Source: an uncultured Butyrivibrio sp.
GTDB lineage: Bacteria; Bacillota; Clostridia; Lachnospirales; Lachnospiraceae
DNA length: 64,000 nucleotides
NCBI GenBank assembly: GCA_964576255.1
Contig: CAZNUK010000001.1
Span: 61,886 to 125,885, forward strand
Direction of reading: 5' to 3'
Position numbers and translations under genes: made by a program. Within the stretch, counting starts at the first letter, position 1, and every line of letters starts with the position of its first letter. Shown piece by piece: positions 48,934 to 59,845 of the stretch. The notes under the pieces were generated by a model, which saw only the letters and a list, made by a program, of their open reading frames with translations, was not told where the DNA came from and did no database searches.

Positions 48934-49998
48934 ATGAAAAAAATTGTTTTGACCGGTGGTGGTACTGCCGGCCATGTAACACCTAATATAGCTTTAATAC
49001 CTTACCTTAAGGAGGCCGGTTATGAAATTCATTATATCGGTTCCTATGAAGGAATTGAAAAGACCCTTATCTCCGATTTGGGTATTCCATACTATGGAAT
49101 ATCTTCCGGTAAATTAAGACGATATCTCTCCCTTAAAAATTTTACTGACCCTTTTCGGGTTATTAAGGGATTTTCGCAGGCAAAGCGTCTTATGAAAGAA
49201 ATAGCACCAGATGTGGTATTTTCCAAGGGAGGATTCGTTACTGTTCCGGTAGTTAAAGCGGCTGCCAAATATAACATCCCAACCATACTCCATGAGTCAG
49301 ATATGACCCCAGGACTTGCCAATAAACTTTGTCGTAAACATGCGAAAAAGATTTGCTGTAACTTTCCGGAGACTGTTGAACTATTTGACAATGGAAAAGG
49401 TGTACTTACCGGCTCACCAATTCGTCGTGAGCTGATTACAGGAGACAGAGCCACCGGACTTAAGCTCTGTGGTTTTAATACAGAAAAACCGGTACTTATG
49501 GTTATCGGTGGTAGCCTTGGTGCCCTTCATGTTAATGAGGCAGTTCGTAATATTTTACACGACTTATTGGAGCGTTATCAGATTATTCATATATGTGGTA
49601 AGGGCAAGGTTGACGAAAGCTTTTACAGTACAACAGGCTACTATCAGTTTGAATATGTTAATGAAGAACTTAAAGATTTGTTTGCGGCAGCGGATATTGT
49701 AATTTCCAGAGCTGGCGCCAATGTTATTTGTGAGCTTTTGGCAATGCGTAAGCCTGCGCTACTGATTCCACTTCCTGCCAATGCCAGCCGTGGGGACCAG
49801 ATTCTTAACGCTCGTTCTTTCAAAAAGCAGGGCTACAGTGAAGTTCTTGAAGAAGAAAATATGACTAATCAGACACTCCTTGATGCCATTAACAATTTGT
49901 ACAATAATAGAGAACAATACATTACAGCAATGTCTAACGGACAGCTTAATGACCCAATTACAACTATTGTTGATATAATTAAGGAGAATACACTCTAA
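48934..49998 (+). CDS. murG: lipid II GlcNAc transferase
   Basis: GGGTAGHV, KGGFV, HESD, GGSLG, SRAGA, DQ..NA. Confidence 0.95.
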   Translation: MKKIVLTGGGTAGHVTPNIALIPYLKEAGYEIHYIGSYEGIEKTLISDLGIPYYGISSGKLRRYLSLKNFTDPFRVIKGFSQAKRLMKEIAPDVVFSKGGFVTVPVVKAAAKYNIPTILHESDMTPGLANKLCRKHAKKICCNFPETVELFDNGKGVLTGSPIRRELITGDRATGLKLCGFNTEKPVLMVIGGSLGALHVNEAVRNILHDLLERYQIIHICGKGKVDESFYSTTGYYQFEYVNEELKDLFAAADIVISRAGANVICELLAMRKPALLIPLPANASRGDQILNARSFKKQGYSEVLEEENMTNQTLLDAINNLYNNREQYITAMSNGQLNDPITTIVDIIKENTL

Positions 49999-50082
49999 AT
50001 TAGAAAGAGTGTCTTTTCACAGTTTAAACAATCTGGACGTTGAAGTGGCAAGCTGAAACGTCCAGATTATTTAAACCGTAAA

Positions 50083-50493
50083 TTACATATTCTCACTTAT
50101 TAATTTTGCAACTGCTGCCAAATCATCCTCTGTCTGCTGTGGCTTTGGCGCCAAATCAATTGAGTCATTCTCCCATCTTGGAATCACATGAAGGTGCAGA
50201 TGATATATTGTCTGCCCTGCTGCCGCGCCATTATTCTGTAAAATATTAACGCCATCACAACCCATTGCCTTCTTAACACCTCTGGCAACCTTTGCAGCAA
50301 CAACCAATGCTTCACTGAGAATTTCATCCGGTGCTGTAAGGGCATTTTCATAATGTTCTTTGGTAACTACCAGACAATGACCTTTAGCAGCCGGACTAAT
50401 ATCCATAATAACGCTAAAATGCTCATTCTCATACACCATATTAGTAGGAAATACACCATTCGCTAATTTGCAAAATAAACAATCGTCTTTCAT
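50083..50493 (-). CDS. HIT-family hydrolase
   Basis: CLFCK, GH.LV, GQT.YHLHLH. Confidence 0.92.
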   Translation of the reverse strand: MKDDCLFCKLANGVFPTNMVYENEHFSVIMDISPAAKGHCLVVTKEHYENALTAPDEILSEALVVAAKVARGVKKAMGCDGVNILQNNGAAAGQTIYHLHLHVIPRWENDSIDLAPKPQQTEDDLAAVAKLISENM

Positions 50494-50590
50494 GTCGAAT
50501 TTTCTCCTTTTATGTCAAATTATTTTTAATATTGAATTTGTTAAACCCCTACCTCTTGTGATATATTTAAATAGTAAGGGAGGTAACACT

Positions 50591-51313
50591 ATGATAACAC
50601 AGCAGGACAAAAATTATTTATCCAAACTCCAGACGCAAAATCCTGAAATATATGATTTTGTACAACATCTACTTGACGATTATCGACAAGATACCCGTCT
50701 GGGCTGCCATGATATTGCCAATATTATATCTCTTATATTTGGCAATTTTCAGCTTCTTGAGTTAACCACACCGGGACTTTCAGATAATCCACGCTGGGCT
50801 CAGATGAACGAAGATCTTCGTTATCTTGTTGCAACCATGGAAGCTATAAGCTTCTATCGCTATGCTAATACCATTAAGCCTGAAGAAGAATATCTTCACA
50901 GTTTTATTCAGGATAAGATTGAACCTATGGTCAAGTCACCTGAATACAATAAATTACATATTACAATAGATATTTGCGACCTTAATCCTGCAATCAGTAT
51001 TGATTCAACTAAGATTGCCTATGTCATAAAATCCATACTTGATAATATTGCTGACAATAATTGCGATGCCAATGTAGCAATAACAATATGCCCGAAAGAC
51101 AACCATCTGTATTTTACAATATCTGATGATTGCTCAGTTATATCCTCAGATATAATGTCCAACTTTTTTAATCCTTTTAATTCAGACAAGACCGGACATA
51201 TTGGCTTATCACTTTCAAGCTCATATCAGATAATGATGGCTCATAATGGTAGTCTCGAGATTTTCCCTATTGGCGATAAGGGCTATTCCTATGTGCTTAG
51301 TCTGCCATTTTAA
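50591..51313 (+). CDS. sensorless histidine-kinase-like protein with degenerate ATP lid
   Basis: H-box CHDIAN; N-box LDNIAD; G1 DDCSVI; F-box FNPF; G2 GHIGLSL; start after GGGAGG. Confidence 0.7.
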   Translation: MITQQDKNYLSKLQTQNPEIYDFVQHLLDDYRQDTRLGCHDIANIISLIFGNFQLLELTTPGLSDNPRWAQMNEDLRYLVATMEAISFYRYANTIKPEEEYLHSFIQDKIEPMVKSPEYNKLHITIDICDLNPAISIDSTKIAYVIKSILDNIADNNCDANVAITICPKDNHLYFTISDDCSVISSDIMSNFFNPFNSDKTGHIGLSLSSSYQIMMAHNGSLEIFPIGDKGYSYVLSLPF

Positions 51314-52303
51314 TTATACGAATACGAAGTTCTCATCCAGCATTCTGAGAGTCTTAAAATTACCCTTGGCTGTCATCTCACCGGACATAAAGGCTCTCTG
51401 GAATGTCATCCTGCCTTCCATAATATTTTCCAACACATCCAATGATAATTTACCTATTACATCTGCACTTTCAATCTGTCCAAAGTAGCAATTAAGGGAT
51501 TTGTTCTTAATAACAATAATAAGTGAATCCTCTCTGCCTTCCAGCTTAAGAAGATATGTTGCTGTAAAATTATCCTGTGGAACATAATGGTCTTTGAGCA
51601 TAGTGATATAATGCTCATCACCACCTTTTTCTTCTTCCTCAAGCATTGACTTAAACATTCCGGCCAGTTCTTCAATATCTTCCTTCTGTTTCTTAACGTA
51701 ATTATCGTTAGCAGCGTATTTAGATAACTGCTCTGACTCCTGAGGTGTAAGATTAATTGTATCACTGACAATATTCTGCTTAATCGCTTTGTTACTTGAA
51801 GGAAACATTGTAAACCTCTGAGAAACAGCACGATATGTCTCTTCTGCCTTTTTCTCTATCAATTCCATATAGTTACTGTTCATTGCAAACTCAGTATTGT
51901 CCTCTACATAAGCACAAAGTCCGTTACATGCTTTACCTCCCAATATCTCCCATGCGTTGGTAAGCTCCATCATTGCTTCCCTTTCGCCATAGGCTTTGGA
52001 CATTACTACAGGGAACATATAAGTTCCGGAAATTTTACTCTTATCTCCATATAACCAGCATGCATCAAGGAAGCTGTGCATATATCCACCTATTCCGAAC
52101 CATTCTACGGTAACTGCAAGAATAATCGCATCCGCCTCTTTAAGTGTCTGGGGTAATGTCATAATATTGTTTTTCATCTCATAGAGATTAAAACGCTCAA
52201 CATTTACACGCAATTCTTCCAATACGGAGGTCATTCTATTAATAACAGAAATTGTAGGATCATCAATCATTCCTCTTCCGCCATAGTAAATATTAATTTT
52301 CAT
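51314..52303 (-). CDS. flavodoxin-like plus SCP2 sterol-carrier domain protein
   Basis: N-terminal flavodoxin-like fold; C-terminal FQRAFMSG...KG. Confidence 0.75.
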   Translation of the reverse strand: MKINIYYGGRGMIDDPTISVINRMTSVLEELRVNVERFNLYEMKNNIMTLPQTLKEADAIILAVTVEWFGIGGYMHSFLDACWLYGDKSKISGTYMFPVVMSKAYGEREAMMELTNAWEILGGKACNGLCAYVEDNTEFAMNSNYMELIEKKAEETYRAVSQRFTMFPSSNKAIKQNIVSDTINLTPQESEQLSKYAANDNYVKKQKEDIEELAGMFKSMLEEEEKGGDEHYITMLKDHYVPQDNFTATYLLKLEGREDSLIIVIKNKSLNCYFGQIESADVIGKLSLDVLENIMEGRMTFQRAFMSGEMTAKGNFKTLRMLDENFVFV

Positions 52304-53321
52304 ATCTGGTTCCACTCCTTCTATACAGTATCATCGCAAGTAAAAAACCGCCAATGGCACCACCCACATGTGCCGAAACGCTTACACCTGCTGAATTAAT
52401 CCCCATCGCTATGCTGAGTAATACATATAAAATCATTCTCCCCAAGGACAACTCTTCCAAATAGCCCTTATTAACAATCAGTACCCATATTAATGCACCC
52501 AGCACTCCAAAAATAGCTCCTGATGCACCTACACATACCACATAAAGATTTCCACACATATAATAATACACCTGCGAGACAATTCCTGCAATTAGTCCGC
52601 TTCCAAAATATACAATCAAATATTTTATATGTCCCAAGGCTCTTTCAAGATTGTCTCCTATAAAAACAAGTAACAACATATTATTAAATATATGTGTAAC
52701 TCCGGAATGAACAAACATTGATGTTAAATACCTGTAGTATTGATTATCCATAATTACAGTGTTGGGAGACACCCCTCCATGCAAGTACAGAAAATAGGCA
52801 TTATCTGTATTTCCCATAAATTCAAGAATAATAAATACCACAATATTAATTGCAACCAACAAAATATTACAATTAAAAAATCGGTTATACTTTGTCCTTC
52901 CCATAAAAGAGGTATGTTTTCTCTCTCTATATGGTGTTTTTATACCTTCAAAAGAAACTCCCTTCGGCGCTTCAAAATAAGACTTAATTCCATAAAAATC
53001 ATTAGGCTGACTATCATATACTTCAACCTGTCCGTTTCTGGTGTTGTATATCCAGAACTGAACCGTGGGCATATTAACTCTGGTATTATAGGAATCCTTT
53101 GTAAAAGCTATATACAAAACATTATTATAACCATAAGCATTAATAAGATTATTTATGTACCACTCAAACTGGTCGTTGCGATATAACTCTTCTGACGCAG
53201 ACACCACCACAACTCTTTTGTCATCCCCGGTCCACTCATAAGCATAGGTCTTCTGTACACAAGTGGTTCTTTCAATATATCCATTTCTAATTAATTCTCT
53301 GCGAAAATCTACAAAGTTCAT
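52293..53321 (-). CDS. rhomboid intramembrane serine protease
   Basis: YR..TSMFVH, H.FNN, GASG, AH.GG. Confidence 0.9.
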   Translation of the reverse strand: MNFVDFRRELIRNGYIERTTCVQKTYAYEWTGDDKRVVVVSASEELYRNDQFEWYINNLINAYGYNNVLYIAFTKDSYNTRVNMPTVQFWIYNTRNGQVEVYDSQPNDFYGIKSYFEAPKGVSFEGIKTPYRERKHTSFMGRTKYNRFFNCNILLVAINIVVFIILEFMGNTDNAYFLYLHGGVSPNTVIMDNQYYRYLTSMFVHSGVTHIFNNMLLLVFIGDNLERALGHIKYLIVYFGSGLIAGIVSQVYYYMCGNLYVVCVGASGAIFGVLGALIWVLIVNKGYLEELSLGRMILYVLLSIAMGINSAGVSVSAHVGGAIGGFLLAMILYRRSGTRYEN

Positions 53322-53377
53322 ATTTATTCCCTCTACAAATCCATATACTTGTAGATTACCATTTATTATAAATCAAG

Positions 53378-54601
53378 TCAAATAAATATACATTCCAAAT
53401 TTCCCAATTCTATCCTGTCATTAGATTTTAGTTCACATAATTCGTAGCAGGCAAGCTCTCTACCGTTAACCCTGGTTCCGTTTGTGGAATTCATATCCTT
53501 AATAAAATATTTATCTCCTTCACTGGTGATTCTGGCGTGTATACGGCTAATACCTTTTTGACTGATAACACAATCAGCCCGGTCAAAAGCACTGCCCACT
53601 ATAGTAACCATACTGTTAATATCATAGCTTTTTTCTCCCGCTTCTTCTCTCCATTTTAATGTATGACCCTTGTCATCCTCCTGTAGAAGTACCGTAAGAT
53701 TTTCCTCCTCCCCATTTTCTCTTGGCACAATCACACGAACATTTTCCTTTACAAAAGGAACCTGAACCTCCTTAGTTGAAAGTTTGACAAAAAGGGATTT
53801 ATTTTTAATATACCAGTTGTATCCGAAATATCCCAGTGCAGCGAGCATAATCAACAATACCACGTATACTCCACTTCCCCAACCCCACACTCTGATGCGA
53901 GTGAAAAAAATACTCATAAAAGTGTACAAAACAGCAATTCCATATAATCCTATTACACCATACGATATGTAGATTTTCTTCATATCCAGTTCCTCCACCT
54001 CTTCCGGCACCACCTCAGGAATAACTGTTTCTATTACTTTTTGCTCCTTAATTATCTCTCCTTCTTCCTTTTCGGTGGTTTCTATATCGAATAAATCTCT
54101 TGGATTAAAATTTTCCTCGCACATTCTCTTATATATTCCATATGCCATAGTAACTGCTCTGGAATCCTTATGGTTTACATTTTTAATTATGTACTCAAAA
54201 AGACTTTTTATATCTTCGTAAAAAGATTTTTCTTCCCCTGCCAAATAGACAAAATACCATTTCTTAGTGCTAATATCCAAAAATATCATTTCCGGGTCAA
54301 GAATAATTCCATTATAATCCATAAGATGGTTTTCTATTGCTTCAAACACATCCAGAAAAGACCTTATAATACTTTCAAAATCACTATACGTTATATTCTT
54401 ATTTAAAAAATTATCCTCCATACTGATAAGAGAAGAAATTTTGTATAAAAACCGGCTTTCACCATTAATTTTTCTTTCCGTCATATTTAAAAACCCTTGA
54501 ATTTCCTGACCGGCAAGCATTTTCATTCCATAATCATTACAGTTTATCCCTGTAATCTGCAAATAGTTTTCTCTTAATTCCCTCACATACTCAGTCTTCA
54601 T
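53378..54601 (-). CDS. DUF6382-like plus TM plus FHA protein (Tad locus)
   Basis: C-terminal ISRIHA..DMNSTNGT FHA. Confidence 0.8.
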   Translation of the reverse strand: MKTEYVRELRENYLQITGINCNDYGMKMLAGQEIQGFLNMTERKINGESRFLYKISSLISMEDNFLNKNITYSDFESIIRSFLDVFEAIENHLMDYNGIILDPEMIFLDISTKKWYFVYLAGEEKSFYEDIKSLFEYIIKNVNHKDSRAVTMAYGIYKRMCEENFNPRDLFDIETTEKEEGEIIKEQKVIETVIPEVVPEEVEELDMKKIYISYGVIGLYGIAVLYTFMSIFFTRIRVWGWGSGVYVVLLIMLAALGYFGYNWYIKNKSLFVKLSTKEVQVPFVKENVRVIVPRENGEEENLTVLLQEDDKGHTLKWREEAGEKSYDINSMVTIVGSAFDRADCVISQKGISRIHARITSEGDKYFIKDMNSTNGTRVNGRELACYELCELKSNDRIELGNLECIFI

Positions 54602-55016
54602 CTGCATTACCTCCTATTACCTGAATCAATCGGCCTCCGGAACGAACCAGCGCTGCATTATCATTAATATTAATTACCTCTGAAATATCTGTGTCTGATA
54701 ATTCTCCATCAATACCAAGATATTTCTCGTTGTAATAGTCCTCCATATTTCTGAGAATTTTACTTTTTTCCGCAGTCGCAAAATCCTCACTCTCGCCAAA
54801 CACCGGAGAGTTGGCAATAGCTTCCTTGTCTATTTTTCCATCTTTACTGTAATAAAGCTCAGCCTGTGCATATCGGATTCCTCCCAATACAAGACAGACA
54901 TCACTTAACATATTGTTATGAAGATAGAAATTCAATCGTATAAGCCCAACCACAATAATTGTAAAAATTGAAAAAATGTAGGAAGCCTCCACAGTCATAT
55001 ATCCTCTCAGCTTCAT
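54591..55016 (-). CDS. TadE-like minor pilin
   Basis: G.MTVEAS plus hydrophobic helix. Confidence 0.7.
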   Translation of the reverse strand: MKLRGYMTVEASYIFSIFTIIVVGLIRLNFYLHNNMLSDVCLVLGGIRYAQAELYYSKDGKIDKEAIANSPVFGESEDFATAEKSKILRNMEDYYNEKYLGIDGELSDTDISEVININDNAALVRSGGRLIQVIGGNADED

Positions 55017-55438
55017 TTGAGCACCTCCGCAACCGTCATTAAAATATATGCAGCCAGTACACATGGCATAAACGGAATCTGTGTCTTAATACTTTTCTTT
55101 TTAGCCAAAATAAATATCCCTCCTGCCAAAGCCGCCGCAATTAAAGAAAAAAATAACAATCTCATATTATCAGAAAGACCCAGATATATTCCAAGACAAA
55201 CAAACATAATCCCATCCCCAATTCCAACTGCACCTTTGGTAAAAATTGCATACAACAACAAAACAATTCCCACAACAACACCCCCAACAATCGACCATAC
55301 CGACTGATAATATAGCAGAAAGTTAAGCACTATACCAAAAACGCTAAATGCCAGTATCCGCCAGCCGGATATACATCTATTTTTTAAATCTGAAATACTC
55401 TCCAATGCCAATATACAAATAACAATTCCATTAATCAT
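55013..55438 (-). CDS. prepilin peptidase (A24, TadV/CpaA-like)
   Basis: SDL...I, GIGD, IPFMP. Confidence 0.85.
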   Translation of the reverse strand: MINGIVICILALESISDLKNRCISGWRILAFSVFGIVLNFLLYYQSVWSIVGGVVVGIVLLLYAIFTKGAVGIGDGIMFVCLGIYLGLSDNMRLLFFSLIAAALAGGIFILAKKKSIKTQIPFMPCVLAAYILMTVAEVLK

Positions 55439-56348
55439 CCTGTTCTCCTTCGCTGCCACATTTCGAGCAGACTTTATATTTCTGTTCCGCTACTTCCTTT
55501 TCAATAGCAAAAACATTACTTTTTAAATTACTACAATATTCCATCATATGATAACGGGTGCCGTACTGTGTAATATATACAGTTCTGCTATCATATTCTT
55601 TTTGGCCACAACATAAATTGCAGGGATAATATATTCCTCCGGATGCGTTACGCACGGTATCCAGTTCATCCATTCTACAGCTTGAAATGTCTAATTTAAT
55701 ATATGTACATTCTTTGTCAATATGATACACCTGTCCCTGAGCAGTCATATATACCATATTCACATTCCATTCTGTGGTATCCGAATCTTTCCCCGTCCAT
55801 ATGGCACACCTTGCCCTCGCCACAAAACTAAGCTTACCTACTCCAAATATGTCGAATGGTACCTGCAGATTATAACGCATAGCCACATCCACAAGCCCCT
55901 CATCAGACACATTTGTCAGATAAAGCACAAAACCCTGCTTACCATTCACGATACAGCCATTATCAAAAAAATTGTCCCCTAGTTCTTCTATAACCTTAAG
56001 CTTGATATAGCCAGCCTGCAGAAAAGTTTCTGCTTCTGTTGCCATATCTGTACTGTCTATGTAATACCCATACCCCATTACCTTCATAGTCTGGTTATAT
56101 AAAGCTTTTTGAATCTGAATCTGGATTTGTATTACCTGTATAAAAAAGATAAGTGTGACAACTGCACCAATAAAAAGTGGCAATACCATAGAGGCTTCAA
56201 CAGTAAGACTTCCCTGAAATACGGAGGTGATAGGGGATACCCTTTTACCCAAAACTACTTCATCTGTTTGGTCCGGGGGAGAATCATGAAATGAAGAGCG
56301 ACCTTTCCGCTTTAAATAATCATATTTTAAACTTGAATAAAAGAGCAT
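55431..56348 (-). CDS. TadE-like pilin with C-terminal Cys/His motifs
   Basis: GSLTVEASMVLP; YH...C, CxxC twice. Confidence 0.75.
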   Translation of the reverse strand: MLFYSSLKYDYLKRKGRSSFHDSPPDQTDEVVLGKRVSPITSVFQGSLTVEASMVLPLFIGAVVTLIFFIQVIQIQIQIQKALYNQTMKVMGYGYYIDSTDMATEAETFLQAGYIKLKVIEELGDNFFDNGCIVNGKQGFVLYLTNVSDEGLVDVAMRYNLQVPFDIFGVGKLSFVARARCAIWTGKDSDTTEWNVNMVYMTAQGQVYHIDKECTYIKLDISSCRMDELDTVRNASGGIYYPCNLCCGQKEYDSRTVYITQYGTRYHMMEYCSNLKSNVFAIEKEVAEQKYKVCSKCGSEGEQDD

Positions 56349-56368
56349 CCCATATCACCTCCTGTTCT

Positions 56369-58432
56369 TCAGTATGTATATACTGCCTTTTCCGTATAGC
56401 TGTAATCCCCTGCCAGCTTGTACGACACCGTTGCTTCCATCCCATAAATATACCGTCTGAGTCTAAAATCCTTTCTGCCTTTTTTAATCATTTCCAGCTC
56501 CACCAAATCCATAGTGTACGCAGACTTTGTCCCATCATCTGTCAAATACATTAGAAATCTTAGCATTCCTTCATAATTAATACCCTTCTGCTCAACAGCT
56601 TCCCCCTCAAGGTTCATACTTAGCAGATTGGAAATTGTTAACTGCCATGTTTCATCAGATTTAGCAATGGCAATTTCCTCCCCCTGCAATAAAAGCCTTA
56701 CATCCATAAGCGCTTCCGCATATGCCCACAAATACATTAAGGTAAACTGTATCGCTCTGATTAATGGCTCAACTTTCGCAGTTCCAACAAGATTAGCCGC
56801 AATCATATATGCAGAATTCCTCTTATCAGAATCCGTAAGAAGATACACCATATTGGTTCCACTCCTTATTGTTGCTATGGTGAAAATTGCTGCCGTCAGA
56901 TTATCTGCATCTGATTTATTTCCATACAAAATATACTCAACTTCATAATTAAGTGCAGCACCTTCCTCTTCATCTGTAAAGCTTGCAAAATTATCCATCA
57001 CATATTCTGTATATATTATTCTTTTAGCAAGCACAGTTCCGGTATTACCCTGACTTTGAATATCTGCAGCCTTGTATGTGTCACATATTGAGGACGCTAA
57101 ATCAGTTTCAAATACCTGCCTTTTTGACAAGGTGGAATCAGCCGGAATTATAAGGCTTAAAAAACCATCCTCCAGAAAACCGGACACTTCATCAAGCACT
57201 TGTGTATCTCCGTCGCCTGTAACAAGCCTGGAGTACTCAAAACACACACCCTCTAATGTAAATTCATTAATCAAAGACTTAATACTATTAATGTTTTCAT
57301 TAATTACTTCCTTGGTCTGTGTATAATCCATAGCATTAATTATGGTCAGAATTTCATTAAAAAGTAACTGGTCTTTTCTCAAGCTGCTTCCCATGGAATC
57401 AATATCACAAATATCTCTTACAAGAATTTCTTTATATTCACTTAACACCTCATATTCTTCCATTATTCCCTCCATAGTTGTCTCCTGAAGCACTTGGGAA
57501 TTATCACTAATTAAGCCGTCCAGCAAAGCAATTTCTCCATCAATAGCAGCCTGACTTATTTCCACCTCCTGAAAAATCACCAACGCACTATCTAAAGATG
57601 CCTTACAGGACGCAACAAGATTCTTAAGACTGGTTAAATCACTCTCACAGCTTTCTCCATTATTATTTTTAGTTAACGCTGATTCTACATAGGTCAGTGG
57701 ATTACTCATATAACTACAGGCCGCATTAAAAATTGTAGGATAATTAATATTGACATTTTCCATAGTTTTTTCAAATGGGCAAAACTGTTTAAAAAAACTA
57801 CCCGTTGCCACCGGCTCATTAAGATTAATTCCCTCTCCCGGACAAAGCACCCCATCAATATAACGAACAATACCTCTTGTGCCTGTATTTACAATCATAA
57901 TTTTATCTGTGACAATGGTCATCTGGGTACATATGGCATCAACTGCCTTGGCTTCTTCTGTCTGTTCTTCCATCTCCATATAATCAGCAGCGAGATCTAT
58001 TACCTTTGCATATTTTTCATAATCAACTACCATATCCTGCCATATAAGTCCCCCCTCATCAGTTGGTTTGACCACGCTGCCAATTGAAGCACCCATTAGT
58101 TCTATGCCATAGAAATCCGTATGATTAGTAAAATACAAATCTTTATCTGCATTTATGTTATAATCCATATACCCCAATAATTCCGCGGCAATAACATCCT
58201 TATCCACTGCGTTACCGGACTCAGAACCTTGTAAAAGCAGCACTCCAAATTCCTCAAACAGTTCCTTATCAAAGCCGGCAAAAACCGAATCAAGCCCCAT
58301 AGAAAGTGCGGTACTTACCATAACCTTGCCACCTTGAATTCTGGCAGCCTGGATTGTTGTAATAATCAGAGACACCAATAATAAAAACACCATCGCCGCA
58401 AATAAAGAAACACTTCCCCTGATTCTTCTCAT
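56369..58432 (-). CDS. DUF5702-like large pilin-like protein
   Basis: RGSVSLF N-terminus; YEVEYIL.G..SD..NL; W.YAEA..DV..LL.G. Confidence 0.75.
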   Translation of the reverse strand: MRRIRGSVSLFAAMVFLLLVSLIITTIQAARIQGGKVMVSTALSMGLDSVFAGFDKELFEEFGVLLLQGSESGNAVDKDVIAAELLGYMDYNINADKDLYFTNHTDFYGIELMGASIGSVVKPTDEGGLIWQDMVVDYEKYAKVIDLAADYMEMEEQTEEAKAVDAICTQMTIVTDKIMIVNTGTRGIVRYIDGVLCPGEGINLNEPVATGSFFKQFCPFEKTMENVNINYPTIFNAACSYMSNPLTYVESALTKNNNGESCESDLTSLKNLVASCKASLDSALVIFQEVEISQAAIDGEIALLDGLISDNSQVLQETTMEGIMEEYEVLSEYKEILVRDICDIDSMGSSLRKDQLLFNEILTIINAMDYTQTKEVINENINSIKSLINEFTLEGVCFEYSRLVTGDGDTQVLDEVSGFLEDGFLSLIIPADSTLSKRQVFETDLASSICDTYKAADIQSQGNTGTVLAKRIIYTEYVMDNFASFTDEEEGAALNYEVEYILYGNKSDADNLTAAIFTIATIRSGTNMVYLLTDSDKRNSAYMIAANLVGTAKVEPLIRAIQFTLMYLWAYAEALMDVRLLLQGEEIAIAKSDETWQLTISNLLSMNLEGEAVEQKGINYEGMLRFLMYLTDDGTKSAYTMDLVELEMIKKGRKDFRLRRYIYGMEATVSYKLAGDYSYTEKAVYTY

Positions 58433-58455
58433 AGCTTCCTCCATCATAATATGTA

Positions 58456-58623
58456 CTATAACTGAGAAACTGTGGATGAAATGGTGTCAAACACAGATTT
58501 TATAATATTTGTAATTTGAGTTTTAAATATAAACACCAGTCCCACCAGAACCAAAATGATTAAAATAACCTCCACTACTCCCATTCCATCATTTTCCTTA
58601 ATTACTCTTTTTAACATATTCAT
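58456..58623 (-). CDS. Flp1-family type IVb major pilin (55 aa)
   Basis: Manual translation MNMLKRVIKENDG|MGVVEVILIILVLVGLVFIFKTQI...; GGAGG RBS; missed by ORF track. Confidence 0.9.
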   Translation of the reverse strand: MNMLKRVIKENDGMGVVEVILIILVLVGLVFIFKTQITNIIKSVFDTISSTVSQL

Positions 58624-58635
58624 ATATATTTCCTC

Positions 58636-59832
58636 CTAAAATGACATAAATGCCGGAACAATAATTACAACCAATACAACACATAACATCAATCCCATAG
58701 GTAACAAAAGCTTCGTTCCGGCTTCTTCTCCTGCTTTTCTTGCCCTTGATTTTCTCTCAACAAATGCCTCTGTTGCTTCATTACGAAGAGCATTGGTAAA
58801 TCCTTCTCCGCCTTTTTTAACGTTCTGAGCGAGAAGACTTCCTAACTTTATGTAGCAATGACTTTTACATAACCTTCCAAAAAGAGCATATGCATCCGAT
58901 TCCGAGGTTCCTGTAGAAATTCTGTTAACCGTCGCTACAATTTCATCATAAGCATACCTTTTGGGCTCTTTTCTCTCCAATCCAAGCTTATAATCAGTGG
59001 CAATTTTGTTAAAAGCATTTACCCCACTCATTCCTGCCCCCATAAGCAATGACAATTTAGAAACAACCTCTGCATAATCCATTTCCAGTTGTTCTTCCCT
59101 TGCTTTCTCCTTATTTCTTTTGACGACAAAGGTTTTATAATACCAGAACAATACAACTATAAGCACCAGAATAACCAGCACAGGAATTTTGCTTTCCGAC
59201 TTCTCCACAAAAGTAACCTGCTGCCCATTAATCTCCTCCGGCAAAACAAGATATTCCTCTCCTGCTACATTGTTTTCATCCTCAATAATTGATTCCAGAG
59301 AATTAATAAACTCCTCTTCCTCAGACAACTCCGGTGGATACACCCTTGCAACGACCTTATAACTCTGCAATCGGTCCTCATATTCCAAATTTATTGTAAT
59401 TTCACATTCCTCTCCCGCAGAAGATACATTGTTGTTTTTGACTTCACCTAAGCTGTTAATAATGGAATAATCACTGCTCAAATAACTGACACCAATCCCA
59501 TACTTCTCAACCACATCAATCAATACAAGGTTGTTTTTAATCATATTAAATGACTCATTTTCTCCCAGCATTTCGTTGCAGACAATTTCAAATGCATCCT
59601 CAAAACAGCTTTGTAATTTCTCCTCTGATATTTTCATTGGTTTTACCGGAATTTCCACAGCATATTCCTCTTCGTCGACCTTTGCTGTAAGAGAATACGC
59701 ATCCATCGCTTCGCTGTATTCGGGCCTCTTAAGCTTTTTGACTATGGTATCTTCATTATTTCCAATAACATATACCATTCCTGCCAGAAAAAACACTGCC
59801 GGAACTATTAATAAAAATTTCTTGGATTTCAC
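58636..59832 (-). CDS. tadC: TadC-like (T2SS F family) platform protein
   Basis: LLMGAGM, QN.KKG, GEEAGTKLLLPM. Confidence 0.8.
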   Translation of the reverse strand: MKSKKFLLIVPAVFFLAGMVYVIGNNEDTIVKKLKRPEYSEAMDAYSLTAKVDEEEYAVEIPVKPMKISEEKLQSCFEDAFEIVCNEMLGENESFNMIKNNLVLIDVVEKYGIGVSYLSSDYSIINSLGEVKNNNVSSAGEECEITINLEYEDRLQSYKVVARVYPPELSEEEEFINSLESIIEDENNVAGEEYLVLPEEINGQQVTFVEKSESKIPVLVILVLIVVLFWYYKTFVVKRNKEKAREEQLEMDYAEVVSKLSLLMGAGMSGVNAFNKIATDYKLGLERKEPKRYAYDEIVATVNRISTGTSESDAYALFGRLCKSHCYIKLGSLLAQNVKKGGEGFTNALRNEATEAFVERKSRARKAGEEAGTKLLLPMGLMLCVVLVVIIVPAFMSF

Positions 59833-59845
59833 ATATATTCCCCCT

